64,000 nt of DNA from a virus. A model generated the notes under the pieces. It was not told the origin of the DNA. It saw only the letters and a program-made list of their open reading frames with translations, and did no database searches. The position numbers and the translations under genes are program-made. The stretch lies in the IMG/VR virus record IMGVR_UViG_3300005748_000015, positions 1-64,000 of that record; one strand, 5' to 3'. Shown here piece by piece: positions 48,396 to 58,277 of the stretch; the stretch's first letter is position 1; each line of letters starts with the position of its first letter.

Positions 48396-48675
48396 TAAAT
48401 TCCTCTACACTAATCTGCTCAACACTTTCATCCATTCCTTTCAGTTGATTAAAGATACTCAAAGCTACCATGTTCATACCTTCCATTTCTTTATGGCATT
48501 TGTAAATAGAACCTGAGTAGTTGTGCATTAGATAGTAGTCTCCATCTTCTTCGATTCTTTCAAGCCCTGAAGAAAGTCTCCAAGAGTCGCCATCAAGATA
48601 ACCTCCTGACCAGCTTCCTAAAACCTTAGCCCCACCTGGAACTTTTACAATCACCCATCTGTCTGGTTTGTGCAT
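48379..48675 (-). CDS. Hypothetical phage protein
   Basis: PDRWVIVK..WSGGYLDGDSWRLSSG motif recalled from other large phages. Confidence 0.75.
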   Translation of the reverse strand: MHKPDRWVIVKVPGGAKVLGSWSGGYLDGDSWRLSSGLERIEEDGDYYLMHNYSGSIYKCHKEMEGMNMVALSIFNQLKGMDESVEQISVEEFNEEKK

Positions 48676-49034
48676 TAATACTCCTTATACTCTGCATGAC
48701 CTTCCATTACAAGAAGATCGTTTATATTCATTATGCTTGCTATCCCATCATGTATAATTATTTCTCCAACCCAGCGGCCATACTTTCCTTTTTCTTTTGT
48801 CTCAATCAATATATTATAGCCTTCTTCTATATGCTCATTTATGGTTTTTCTCAGAAAATCTCTCGCCTCATATCCACGCTTTTTTTCTTCAGCATCTCTT
48901 GTTCTAATTTCTGGCGTATTAATTCTGGCTAATCTTACCTTAATATCCATGCGAATATTAAAGCCTAAATCAACAACTCCATTTAGAGTGTCACCGTCAT
49001 AAATATTTGTAATGTCTAATTTGTAAGTGTACAT
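48675..49034 (-). CDS. Thermonuclease (SNase) family nuclease
   Basis: YDGDT, VRLARINTPE, KYGR, INDLLV.EGHA. Confidence 0.9.
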   Translation of the reverse strand: MYTYKLDITNIYDGDTLNGVVDLGFNIRMDIKVRLARINTPEIRTRDAEEKKRGYEARDFLRKTINEHIEEGYNILIETKEKGKYGRWVGEIIIHDGIASIMNINDLLVMEGHAEYKEY

Positions 49035-49036
49035 AT

Positions 49037-49932
49037 TTACCTTATGGGTTCAAACTTTAAATGTCCTGTAATCCATATTAGCAAGAACAAAAAAGAAAAC
49101 ATATTTATATGTCCAGTAATGTATTTTGGAACACCTTCTTCAATTGTTAAATATTTTTCTAATGCTCTACTTAAAGATAGGCACCCTATTAATATCACAT
49201 AAAATATTACAAGTCTTCTAGTTATTTCTTTTAAAATTCTCATTCAAGATCATCCATATCTACTTGATTTTCTTCAAGAATTTTTCCAATACTGAATCTA
49301 ATATTCATTGCAAACTGATGTAATACAGCAGATTCTTCTTTGCTAATTACGTGATAGCCTTCAGGAAGGCATATTTTACTACCAGGTTTAATGTCGGAAT
49401 CATATTTTATAATATTTCTAAGTAAATTGTCAATATCATGAAATGCAATATAAGCATTAGTAGCATTTGTACATCTACGATGTGCTTTTTTATCGCTTGG
49501 ATCGTCTAAATCAAACTCAATTGTTGCTTTCATTTTTACACTTACTCCTTATTATTGTACAGCAATGCGGTTGCTCACATGGTTTTGGACAAAAATCACA
49601 TTTTATAGGTATTTTTTTTCTAAGATTTTTTAGCTCTTCCTTTAAAACAGCAGATTTAAACTGTCCGTTTACAACATATCCATACATATGTTTTTCTATA
49701 TAATCAAAAGCGTACTCTATACCTTTATTAAAATCATTCATTATTTTGCCTTGTAAATGTCTTTACAAACTTTTACAGATTTTTCTGCCTCAACACCGTG
49801 CTTACCGATCAACTCTATAGTACATTTTTTTAATTTTTCTTGATATAATAAGGTTTTATTTTTATTACTTCTAGATGCTGGCGATGGCAATGCACAACTT
49901 GTTAATGTAATTAAGATTAATAAAATTTTCAT
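49037..49932 (-). other. Four small CDS: membrane protein 49037-49243, 49240-49533, Cys-rich 49517-49741, lipoprotein 49741-49932
   Basis: Packed ORFs; LTSC lipobox in 49741. Confidence 0.6.
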
Positions 49933-49943
49933 TTATCCTCCAA

Positions 49944-50921
49944 TCAAATTCTATCCTCTTTAATTATATAACGAATAGCTTTTTTTGTCAAATCATTAGT
50001 CTGTGCTAAATTAAAACGTAAGTACTTGTTTTTATTTTGTTTATCTATTTCTACACTTTTAACATTTAGTTTGTCTAACAATCTGCACACATAAGGCGTA
50101 GCCCATGCAGAATAAAACATGCCATTATTAGGAACGGCCTGTCCATCAAATAAATAACAAATTCTATCAAACATTTCTCTATTATTATTTACCCTATATT
50201 TTGCTGATCTTAAAAAGTTATCCAAATCTGTATTGTCAAACACGTCTATTATTAAGTCTTGACTAAGAAAGGGCATTGTACAATTTTCGTACACACTTTC
50301 AGCTAAAAAATTATCGTAATCTTGTTTGTTATTTGTAGCTATCCACCCAATTCTTGCGCCCGTAAGTCCAAAAACTTTACTGTATGATCCGCAATTTACT
50401 CTGTGGTCTGGCTTAACTGGTATATCGTTAACATACACAGTATTATGGTATACGCTATCCCAGATAATATTGTTGCCAACATCAGAATAAAGAAGTAAAT
50501 CACCAGCAGGATTAGATGGGCTATCCACAATACCGACCGTATTAGGATGTTTAAGCTGCTGTTTGTGTTGCCTGTAAAGTCCTGTTTTATGTTCATAATT
50601 GTTTTTCTCTATTATACCGGGATAATAAGGGAAGTAATATTTGTGCGTATAACACACATCTCTTCCTTCCTTAGCAAAAACTCTCAGGGCAATATTGATT
50701 GCACTCGTTGTTCCGTGAGTTATTATAATATAATTATATTTTACTCCAGTGCATTGCTCAACAAATTGTCTGGTATAATCTATCAGTTTTGGATTGCCTG
50801 GGTCTGGAGAGTACATTATAGAATCTATATCTATAGGTTTTGCAACCCTTCTTTTATAATAATGTTTTAAAGCTTCTCTAACGCAATACGGTTCACCCCA
50901 ACTGAAATCATACTCTATCAC
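49944..50921 (-). CDS. PLP-dependent aminotransferase class I/II
   Basis: GTTSAI, SPSNPAG, DSVY, SYSKVFGLTGARIGW (PLP lysine), LRFN. Confidence 0.9.
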   Translation of the reverse strand: MIEYDFSWGEPYCVREALKHYYKRRVAKPIDIDSIMYSPDPGNPKLIDYTRQFVEQCTGVKYNYIIITHGTTSAINIALRVFAKEGRDVCYTHKYYFPYYPGIIEKNNYEHKTGLYRQHKQQLKHPNTVGIVDSPSNPAGDLLLYSDVGNNIIWDSVYHNTVYVNDIPVKPDHRVNCGSYSKVFGLTGARIGWIATNNKQDYDNFLAESVYENCTMPFLSQDLIIDVFDNTDLDNFLRSAKYRVNNNREMFDRICYLFDGQAVPNNGMFYSAWATPYVCRLLDKLNVKSVEIDKQNKNKYLRFNLAQTNDLTKKAIRYIIKEDRI

Positions 50922-51393
50922 TATCTTCTCCTAATATGTCTTTTAAAGACTCTTCAAGTTGTTTAATTGTAAAATCCTTTTTAATACTAAGTAATTTTTC
51001 ATAAATTTTATCCATATCATTTTCATCGATATTATACTCTTGACATATACTTTGCAAAGTCTTTTCTTCGTATGCTTTTAATTTTTTTTCAAATTCTATG
51101 CGTTTTAATTCTGCATCAACAAATATTTTTTTTACGTACCCTTCATGTTTTGGACTCCAATAACAATCACGACATACAACAGTTTTATTTCCCATAACAT
51201 CCATATCAAACCAGTTATGAGTATCTTTACATTTATTTTTTTCTAATTCTTTCATTTCTTTTTTTATTTTTTTGACAGAGCCAATCCCCCTTAAAACCCC
51301 ATTGACAACAGTTACAACCAGAAATGAAACCCCAAAAGCAATTAGTAAATCTTCCAACGTCATGCTTGTTAAAAAATTAATAAAATTTTCCAT
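50908..51393 (-). CDS. Membrane-anchored protein with C..H..CxxC motif
   Basis: N-terminal TM; CKDTH..CRDC. Confidence 0.65.
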   Translation of the reverse strand: MENFINFLTSMTLEDLLIAFGVSFLVVTVVNGVLRGIGSVKKIKKEMKELEKNKCKDTHNWFDMDVMGNKTVVCRDCYWSPKHEGYVKKIFVDAELKRIEFEKKLKAYEEKTLQSICQEYNIDENDMDKIYEKLLSIKKDFTIKQLEESLKDILGEDSDRV

Positions 51394-51395
51394 TT

Positions 51396-52115
51396 TTAAC
51401 TCCCTTTTGGTTTTTCTATTTTGTCAATTAGATTTAATTTCAACGCCATTTCAGCATCAATAAACGTATCAAAATTAAGCATACACTCTAGTTTTTCTCT
51501 ATTAATTTCTATTAATTTTCTTTTTGATCCTGAGTGTAATTTTAAAGCTTGCTTATATTTACCTATTAAATTTAAATATTCTTCTTGAGTTATTTTTACA
51601 TTTTCAAGCTTTTCAAGAAAAACATCTTCCATAAGCTCGTTAATTTTTTCGCTTTCTAACGCTGATTTTAAAACTGTTTTTGAGTGAGCATTTGCCCCAT
51701 CGTATCCGTAATGAATCATAATTCTAGAGTTTTCACTCATAACTCTAGAATCAGCTGCTTGTAAAACCCAAGACCCCATACTCATAGCATGACCATAAAC
51801 TTTTATGGTAATGTGGTTTTTACAGTTTCTAATAGCATCATATATTGCAAGGCCGTGATAAACTTCACCGCCCGGATTATTCATTATGATAGTTATAGGC
51901 TTGTTTCCTTTTCTAGATTCTGCATCTTGATTATCTAAAATGTGAAGGGTTTTAATGACTTGTTCAGCCATGCTAAAATCAACCCCTGATTCTCCTTCAT
52001 AAGTATCGTAATAAGTACTACCCATATAGATAGTTCTAGTAGGAAGATATATGTCATTGTCCATAAACTGATCGACATCATCTTTTTTAAATTTGTGATA
52101 AGTTTCATCACTCAT
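51396..52115 (-). CDS. clpP: ClpP-family protease
   Basis: NNPGG..G.AIYD, AMSMG (Ser), IMIH (His), DTF..A..L.LID. Confidence 0.9.
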   Translation of the reverse strand: MSDETYHKFKKDDVDQFMDNDIYLPTRTIYMGSTYYDTYEGESGVDFSMAEQVIKTLHILDNQDAESRKGNKPITIIMNNPGGEVYHGLAIYDAIRNCKNHITIKVYGHAMSMGSWVLQAADSRVMSENSRIMIHYGYDGANAHSKTVLKSALESEKINELMEDVFLEKLENVKITQEEYLNLIGKYKQALKLHSGSKRKLIEINREKLECMLNFDTFIDAEMALKLNLIDKIEKPKGS

Positions 52116-52123
52116 TTTTTACC

Positions 52124-52945
52124 TCACACAGATATTTTGTCAGCATAATTCCATCCTGATTTAACAGCTGTTAACCATTCTCTTTCTTTAAAATCTGATT
52201 GTTCTTCAAAATAACCCTCTAATACGTGTATTGTATTATCCAATCCAAATCCATTTAATGCAAGCTCACATCCAATTGACATCCACATTTGATTCCTAGA
52301 GCCTTCCATATTATGCACACCCTCTTCTAGAATATCTTTAGCCCATCTTTTGATACCAGATATTTTAGGTATTCCCGTGTGGTTTCTATGCTTTTTAACA
52401 AGTGGTTTTGGAGCTTTAGCAGGATGTTTGTTTAGCCAATCATGTAGTTCATCTAAACTTATTCTTTTGCCCATATGAACAATCTTTTGTTCTTTTCCAG
52501 TTTCAGGCCTGATAACCCCCGGAAACCTTACAGACCTACTTGGATTTTTTGTTTTTTGATCGGCTTGAGTCATTATGTTTAAAATCCATTGATATGTAAA
52601 TCTATAAATTTGTTCGCCAGGAACTTCACGATCTAATACCAAGGCAAAGTGTAAAGACTTTGAACCAGAATGACAACAGTATGAGAATGGAAAATTCATA
52701 CTTTTTACATAATCCCATTGTTGAGCAATTGATATGTCATCACATTCAATCATAAAAGTTCTATATGTTGTTACGTTTTGATCACACCTTTGACCTGTAA
52801 TTGGATTCATTGCAACCAATACAGTTTTTTCTTCGTCAATATTTTCTTGAGGTTCACTAGGATAGGCATATGGATTTGAAGAGAAACAAATTTGTTCCCC
52901 CGGATCAAAAAATAAATTTAAAAACTGCTTAGTTACTTCCTTCAC
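52124..52945 (-). CDS. AEP/RepB-type primase with helical C-terminal domain
   Basis: IECD, SGSKSLH, D...NPSRSVRFPG; EGSRN in C-terminal domain. Confidence 0.75.
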   Translation of the reverse strand: MKEVTKQFLNLFFDPGEQICFSSNPYAYPSEPQENIDEEKTVLVAMNPITGQRCDQNVTTYRTFMIECDDISIAQQWDYVKSMNFPFSYCCHSGSKSLHFALVLDREVPGEQIYRFTYQWILNIMTQADQKTKNPSRSVRFPGVIRPETGKEQKIVHMGKRISLDELHDWLNKHPAKAPKPLVKKHRNHTGIPKISGIKRWAKDILEEGVHNMEGSRNQMWMSIGCELALNGFGLDNTIHVLEGYFEEQSDFKEREWLTAVKSGWNYADKISV

Positions 52946-53147
52946 CTAATAACCTTTGTAATTCTAATAATTCAAATTTTAAATCTGCAAGATTGTATTG
53001 TAAAAATACACTTAAAACTCTAAGCCTGTCTGTGTTTTCAACTTTATCCATAGCTTCAGATAGAGTTTGTTGGTAATCTCTTAACTCAGGAACTCTGTGT
53101 AATAATTCAAACAATTCTTTCCTAGCACTTTCTACTGTATAATTCAT
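52929..53147 (-). CDS. Small helical protein between helicase and primase
   Basis: Overlapping start and stop codons. Confidence 0.6.
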   Translation of the reverse strand: MNYTVESARKELFELLHRVPELRDYQQTLSEAMDKVENTDRLRVLSVFLQYNLADLKFELLELQRLLGEGSN

Positions 53148-54310
53148 TAGTCTTTCCCAATTTTATCCAAGCCATATTTTTTAATATCATCTTGAGTTTT
53201 TCTTTTTGCCCTTTCTGCTGTAACTTTAGCATCCCACTCAGCACTAGGGTCTATGTACCTTTGCATTTTTTTATCAAAAGCTAAGTATTGTAATGGTTGA
53301 AAATTTTCGTGACTAAAACGTATTTTATGACCGTAAAGCCATGAGCAACTATTGTCAAAATCTCTTGTTAACTCAATAATATCAGTAGCATACATAAGAA
53401 TACTTTGGCCACCTATCCATCTATACTGCGGCTGAGAAGAAGCATAATCAATCTGGCCTTTGTTTTCTATTTTTTTATCAGATTTAACACCCTTACATTG
53501 TGCAAATAATATAATTGGAAAAGGTGATGAGTCTTTAAAAATATTTAATTCCGTAGCAAGCTCATTATTAACAGTCCAAGCATCTTGTTTTACTTCTTGA
53601 TTTCTATTTATATTGGTATAGTAATCAATAATAACAGCATCAAATTTACCTTTTGCACTATTCAAAGTAGACATTACACCTTTTACAGTTGTTACCCTGT
53701 ATGCGTCCTTTGAATTTTTAGGAGATATTACAATTAACTTTTTATTATTAGAAAGGTGCATTATGTCATTTGTAACTTTTTGGATTTCTTCTTTTGTGCA
53801 TTTGTTTGTTTTGTAATCACCAAAAGAAACTGTTTGTCTTAGACAAGAAATTCTAGCTCTAATATCTGTTTCTTTTTCTTCGTTAGATAAAATTAAAATT
53901 CTTTTATCTTCATTTATTAATGTTTCGGCTATTTTTGCTGTAAGAGTGGATTTACCATTATTTGTTTGAGAGCATACTACCATCAAACTACCGGGAGCGC
54001 AAATAAAGTTTTTAGACATTTTTTCATCAATAAAAGTGAGAGCATTTTTACGATCTTCTAAATCTTTGTAAGATTCATTGATATCAAAACCTCTATCTAA
54101 TAAATTTTCTTCTTCGATTGTTTCTTGTAATTCTGTAGCCTCATCTATTTTAGTTTTTCTTATTTTTAATTCTTTATGACGAATTTCAGAATACATTCTT
54201 TTGTTTTCTTCGTCAATTCTTTGAAGTTCTAAGCTTTCTTCGTACTCACTTTTCAAAGCTTCTTTGAATTTTTCTTTTGAAACAAAATGTTCTTTGTTAG
54301 AATCGCTCAT
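53147..54310 (-). CDS. DnaB-like (SF4) replicative helicase
   Basis: Walker A variant SQTNNGKST, SNEE, IIDY, FAQ, K.R. Confidence 0.8.
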   Translation of the reverse strand: MSDSNKEHFVSKEKFKEALKSEYEESLELQRIDEENKRMYSEIRHKELKIRKTKIDEATELQETIEEENLLDRGFDINESYKDLEDRKNALTFIDEKMSKNFICAPGSLMVVCSQTNNGKSTLTAKIAETLINEDKRILILSNEEKETDIRARISCLRQTVSFGDYKTNKCTKEEIQKVTNDIMHLSNNKKLIVISPKNSKDAYRVTTVKGVMSTLNSAKGKFDAVIIDYYTNINRNQEVKQDAWTVNNELATELNIFKDSSPFPIILFAQCKGVKSDKKIENKGQIDYASSQPQYRWIGGQSILMYATDIIELTRDFDNSCSWLYGHKIRFSHENFQPLQYLAFDKKMQRYIDPSAEWDAKVTAERAKRKTQDDIKKYGLDKIGKD

Positions 54311-54327
54311 AATTATATAATATCACA

Positions 54328-55137
54328 TTATTTTTTTAAAACATTAATAATATTTTCGTTTTCCATTATTATTAAATTTGTTTCGGGGTTTCCATAATAC
54401 ACATTATCTCTAGGATCAAGTCCTAAGTCTTTGATATCCTGAGCTGTCAAATGATTTCCAGTAAGATAAACAGCTCTAACCATTTGGTTATCTTTGTATA
54501 AAAATCTTGTCTTGTTATTTTTTATGTCGTTTTCTTTTAGTATTTCCTTATATCTTTTTTTACTAATCCTTTTATATCCGTATACTTCTGGATATCTAGC
54601 AAGGTCAACATCTGAAGGATTGTTTTTTGCATTGCCTATAAAAAACAATTGTTTATTTATTGTACCTCTTATATTTTTATTTTTACCTTTTGAGAATCTG
54701 GCAACTTCTTGCATTCTTTGATTTAAAAATCTACTTAGATTATAACATTCCTGTCTGAACACATCCATTTTATCAGGCTCACTATCTTGGCCGTATTGTT
54801 TTTTGTGTTTTAGTATAAACTTTTCCATCAAATCAGGATTTTCAGCAAGACCACTCATGGAAATAAAAGACACGGTATGTACTCTTGCAATGTTTCTAAG
54901 GTCTTCCATTTCAAAGCCTACTTCATTAAATAGCTGATAATTTCTGATAAAAAACTTATCTGAAATATTACACAGCATCTCTTCAAATTGAGCAAGTCTT
55001 TCTGGCGTTGGATTTGTAGAATTTCTGAAATAACGATGTCTCATGTATACAAGCTCAAAATAATCTTGAGAATCTATTTTCATATTGTCTACGACATCTG
55101 AATCGGGTAAATCCCGAAGGTATTTTTTTTCTGACAT
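54328..55137 (-). CDS. Possible divergent sigma-factor-like protein
   Basis: LCNISDKF..VGFEMEDLRNIARV..F and FL.QRM resemble sigma region 2; GGAGG RBS. Confidence 0.4.
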   Translation of the reverse strand: MSEKKYLRDLPDSDVVDNMKIDSQDYFELVYMRHRYFRNSTNPTPERLAQFEEMLCNISDKFFIRNYQLFNEVGFEMEDLRNIARVHTVSFISMSGLAENPDLMEKFILKHKKQYGQDSEPDKMDVFRQECYNLSRFLNQRMQEVARFSKGKNKNIRGTINKQLFFIGNAKNNPSDVDLARYPEVYGYKRISKKRYKEILKENDIKNNKTRFLYKDNQMVRAVYLTGNHLTAQDIKDLGLDPRDNVYYGNPETNLIIMENENIINVLKK

Positions 55138-55236
55138 ATTTCCTCCGCAAAATAAAAGAGTCTAAACCCACATCCTCTTTTGGCCTCTCCACTCAACAGC
55201 TTAGAGACTTTCCTAGCCCACCGGATCAGAAGGCAT

Positions 55237-56277
55237 CTATGCATCTAGCATTTTTACTTGATCTAAAATTCTTTGTCCCATTTCAAGGTCGTCAGCAATA
55301 GCTTGTGCCATAGCTTTTTTACCTTTATAATTTTCACCTTCATAAACGTAAGTTACGTTATTAGGTCTTTCAATTATACCAGTATTTACGCCAAGCTCAA
55401 AGATTTCCTCGTGCTGATTAATAAAACCTTTTTTATAATCTAGTGTAACTTTAGCCGTTCTACCAGCTTGTCCCACAGAATTTTGTTCCATTTTAACGTA
55501 AATTTTATGTCCTGTTACAGCCTTTTTACCTCTGGCATCTTTGATTTCTCCTTCAAATGATTGTCCAGAAATATCTTTTTTATCGTCTGCTGACCCTGCT
55601 TTTTTTACTGATAAGAAATATTCGTGATTATGCTCACACGCTTTTGGCACAGCTGCTTTGACATCAGGCCCGTACATTTCACCAATATTCATACGTACTT
55701 GAGCTACCGTAATATATGTAATCCCATGTTTTTTAAAAAACGGAATTATTCTATCAAGACCTCTAGTAATTGTCAAAGCTTTATCGCCAATCAAGTGATC
55801 TCCTACTGATCGACCTTCAGCTTTAATACCACCGATTGCCGTAAGAGAATCTATAATAACCATTTTTAATGGCATACCATCTTGTACCATTGGTTGCACT
55901 TCGTCAGCTAGATAATCAAAAACATCTCTAGGGTCAGACGTGTCATATGTAACAATTCTGTTAGGGTCAACATTTCCAAAAAAACCTTTTTGATATTTAC
56001 CCTTCATTTCTGTAGAAAAATATAACACAATACCTTCACCATCATCCTCATGCAGTTGCCCTGCAATAGCTTGTGATAACAGTGACTTACCAGCTTTAGG
56101 CTCAGAAAAAAGTAAAACACCAGAACCTTTTGGAATACCATGGGACTTATTTGCAAAAATCCAATTCACATACGGACTAGGTGTGTATGTACAATTTTCT
56201 GGAGCAAAAGCATCATAGTTATTATCTACAGCTGCATCGCTTTTCCTTAATTGTTTTAACCATTTGTTCTCTGCCAT
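55237..56277 (-). CDS. RecA/UvsX-like recombinase
   Basis: SEPKAGKS Walker A, IIDSL, QVRMNIG..YG, G.I.....Y. Confidence 0.9.
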   Translation of the reverse strand: MAENKWLKQLRKSDAAVDNNYDAFAPENCTYTPSPYVNWIFANKSHGIPKGSGVLLFSEPKAGKSLLSQAIAGQLHEDDGEGIVLYFSTEMKGKYQKGFFGNVDPNRIVTYDTSDPRDVFDYLADEVQPMVQDGMPLKMVIIDSLTAIGGIKAEGRSVGDHLIGDKALTITRGLDRIIPFFKKHGITYITVAQVRMNIGEMYGPDVKAAVPKACEHNHEYFLSVKKAGSADDKKDISGQSFEGEIKDARGKKAVTGHKIYVKMEQNSVGQAGRTAKVTLDYKKGFINQHEEIFELGVNTGIIERPNNVTYVYEGENYKGKKAMAQAIADDLEMGQRILDQVKMLDA

Positions 56278-56278
56278 T

Positions 56279-56503
56279 TTAGAATCCTTTTTTAAGCTGT
56301 TTCTTTACTTTTCTATAAAAATACTTACTTTTGTTTACAACAACCTGTCTCACAACTTCTTTGGGAGGCAAAAGCTGTCCAAAACCATCTCTGAAATAAA
56401 CAACTTTTTTTACAGTTTTTAAAGCACCGTACTCAGCTTGTCTAAGATTTTCTTTTGTCATTCCAAGTTGTTTTCTGATTTTTCTTGCTTTTTTTGCGTT
56501 CAT
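56279..56503 (-). CDS. Small basic protein
   Basis: MNAKKARKIRK; GAGG RBS. Confidence 0.65.
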   Translation of the reverse strand: MNAKKARKIRKQLGMTKENLRQAEYGALKTVKKVVYFRDGFGQLLPPKEVVRQVVVNKSKYFYRKVKKQLKKGF

Positions 56504-56748
56504 TTTGATTCCTCATTATATTCTTTTAGAATTTTGTTTAAAGCAGACTCTTTAATTTGGGATTTTAACCCTTTTATTTCTACTTTATACTCAACCTCTA
56601 CCTCTTGTGTTTGGTATAGTTTGATTTTTTTAGTATCTTTAGTTTTTAATTCCAACATATAATCAATAGCTTTTTCTGACGTATCAAATGTTTTGTAACT
56701 ATAATGAGTATTATTACCGTACAAATATTTTACTAAAAATTCAGTCAT
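56500..56748 (-). CDS. Hypothetical protein
   Basis: GAGGT RBS before ATG 56748. Confidence 0.6.
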   Translation of the reverse strand: MTEFLVKYLYGNNTHYSYKTFDTSEKAIDYMLELKTKDTKKIKLYQTQEVEVEYKVEIKGLKSQIKESALNKILKEYNEESK

Positions 56749-56752
56749 AATA

Positions 56753-57247
56753 TTACCTCGTAGTGATTCCATTTGTTCTAAAGTAATCCATTTGCTTCTT
56801 TAGAAACCTGGAAGTGTTTTCCATTATCTTCATATGTGATTCAAAATGCTCTAACATTGCTTCAAGTTTTTCAACATGCTCTTGTGCTTTTTTGTAGTCT
56901 TCATTTCTTGCAATAACAGCATTTCTGAATTGAGCATTACCTGTTATACCTTTAGGCATAGTTTCCATAAGCTTTGGTATTTCTTCAAAAATAATGTCTG
57001 ATTTAATTTCTTCTACATTTTGTCTAGCTTTCTTTAGAGCATCACCAACCTGGATTGCATTTCTTTTTGATTCTCTCCAAGCTTCTTGAAAAGTAAATTC
57101 AAGATCAAGGTAGTTAGATGCTACAAGTGTTTTGGCTTCTGGAAAACGCTTCATAGCTACTTCCCAACCTGACATTTGTAGTCTAAGCTCTGGACAATGT
57201 CTAAAAGCAGGGACAACCATAGTTGTCCCATTATTTTGTTCACTCAT
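56753..57247 (-). CDS. Helical protein, possibly UvsY-like recombination mediator
   Basis: Coiled-coil, located between SSB and RecA; function inferred from position. Confidence 0.45.
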   Translation of the reverse strand: MSEQNNGTTMVVPAFRHCPELRLQMSGWEVAMKRFPEAKTLVASNYLDLEFTFQEAWRESKRNAIQVGDALKKARQNVEEIKSDIIFEEIPKLMETMPKGITGNAQFRNAVIARNEDYKKAQEHVEKLEAMLEHFESHMKIMENTSRFLKKQMDYFRTNGITTR

Positions 57248-58266
57248 TAGATGTTACCGCTTTCTACCGCTTTGAAAAAGTCTTCATCACTCATCTGAGA
57301 TAAATCACCACCATTAGCGGCTGGCTGCTCTTGAGTTGCTTGTGCAACAACTTGTTGAGTTGTAGTCTCACTAGTGTTTGTACTGATAGTCGTATCAGCA
57401 GTATTAGTACTAACAATTTGCTCAGTTGCTTGTGTAGTAGCTTCTGTAGACTGAGAAACAAGTCCTAACTCTTGTTGAGTTTCTGTGCTTGAAGCTTGGC
57501 TAGTTTTTTTAGAGTTTCCAAGAATCTCATCAACAGCAGATGGGCCTTCGTGTACAATTCTGTACTCTTCTTCAGCAGTTACAGAAGGGTAAACTTTATT
57601 AAGCTCAAATGCATCAGTCTCAAGCTTAGACAGAATAGAATCTGTTAAGCTGTGAGGGAAAGGTGCGTCTACAACAATTCTACCTGTAGGGCCATCAATT
57701 TCTTGTTTTTGCTTATATTCTGTAACAGTGTAAAGAGTATCCCTACCCTTTCCTGACCTATTAAATACAAGATATCTTCCGTTTTCAACACCAATAGGGT
57801 CTACACCTTCACTTCTAAGCCTATCAATTTCAGCCTTAAGAGCTTGGTATCCTCTGTGACCAATTTTAAATAGACCTACATTACCTTGCAAATCAACTGC
57901 GTTCATGTAGTGTTTAGCGTCTTGATTGTATTGTCTAAGAAGTTCTCTGCATCTTTGCTCAGTAGCAGTATCTCCAGAATCTTTTGCTTGATCAGCCTGA
58001 TTTTTTAGACCTTCTCTTCTTTTGTGAGCTTCAGACTCAACCTCTACCATACCTTGGTAATTAACAACTCTAGGTGATAGAAATGGTTTTAATCTGTTAT
58101 CAGAAGTCTTGTATCCAAACTCAACTTTGTGATAAACAGACCACTTTCCTGCGTCAGCAAGCTCACCCATTGGTGGTAGAATTCTTAAAATGAACGTATT
58201 CTGATCTTTTCTAAATGCAAAATAGTTCTTACTGCTTTGTTCGTACTTTGGTTTTCCTAGTTTCAT
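57247..58266 (-). CDS. Single-stranded DNA-binding protein (gp32-like)
   Basis: LRILPP, HYMNAVD, DP...G....RSG.G.DT.Y.V, low-complexity linker, acidic C-terminus. Confidence 0.8.
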   Translation of the reverse strand: MKLGKPKYEQSSKNYFAFRKDQNTFILRILPPMGELADAGKWSVYHKVEFGYKTSDNRLKPFLSPRVVNYQGMVEVESEAHKRREGLKNQADQAKDSGDTATEQRCRELLRQYNQDAKHYMNAVDLQGNVGLFKIGHRGYQALKAEIDRLRSEGVDPIGVENGRYLVFNRSGKGRDTLYTVTEYKQKQEIDGPTGRIVVDAPFPHSLTDSILSKLETDAFELNKVYPSVTAEEEYRIVHEGPSAVDEILGNSKKTSQASSTETQQELGLVSQSTEATTQATEQIVSTNTADTTISTNTSETTTQQVVAQATQEQPAANGGDLSQMSDEDFFKAVESGNI

Positions 58267-58277
58267 GCCATTCTCCT

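Noticed and set aside
55140-55236. Hammerhead ribozyme or tRNA in the recA-sigma gap
   Set aside because: CUGAU and GAAA fragments are present but the stems and core do not assemble; no cloverleaf
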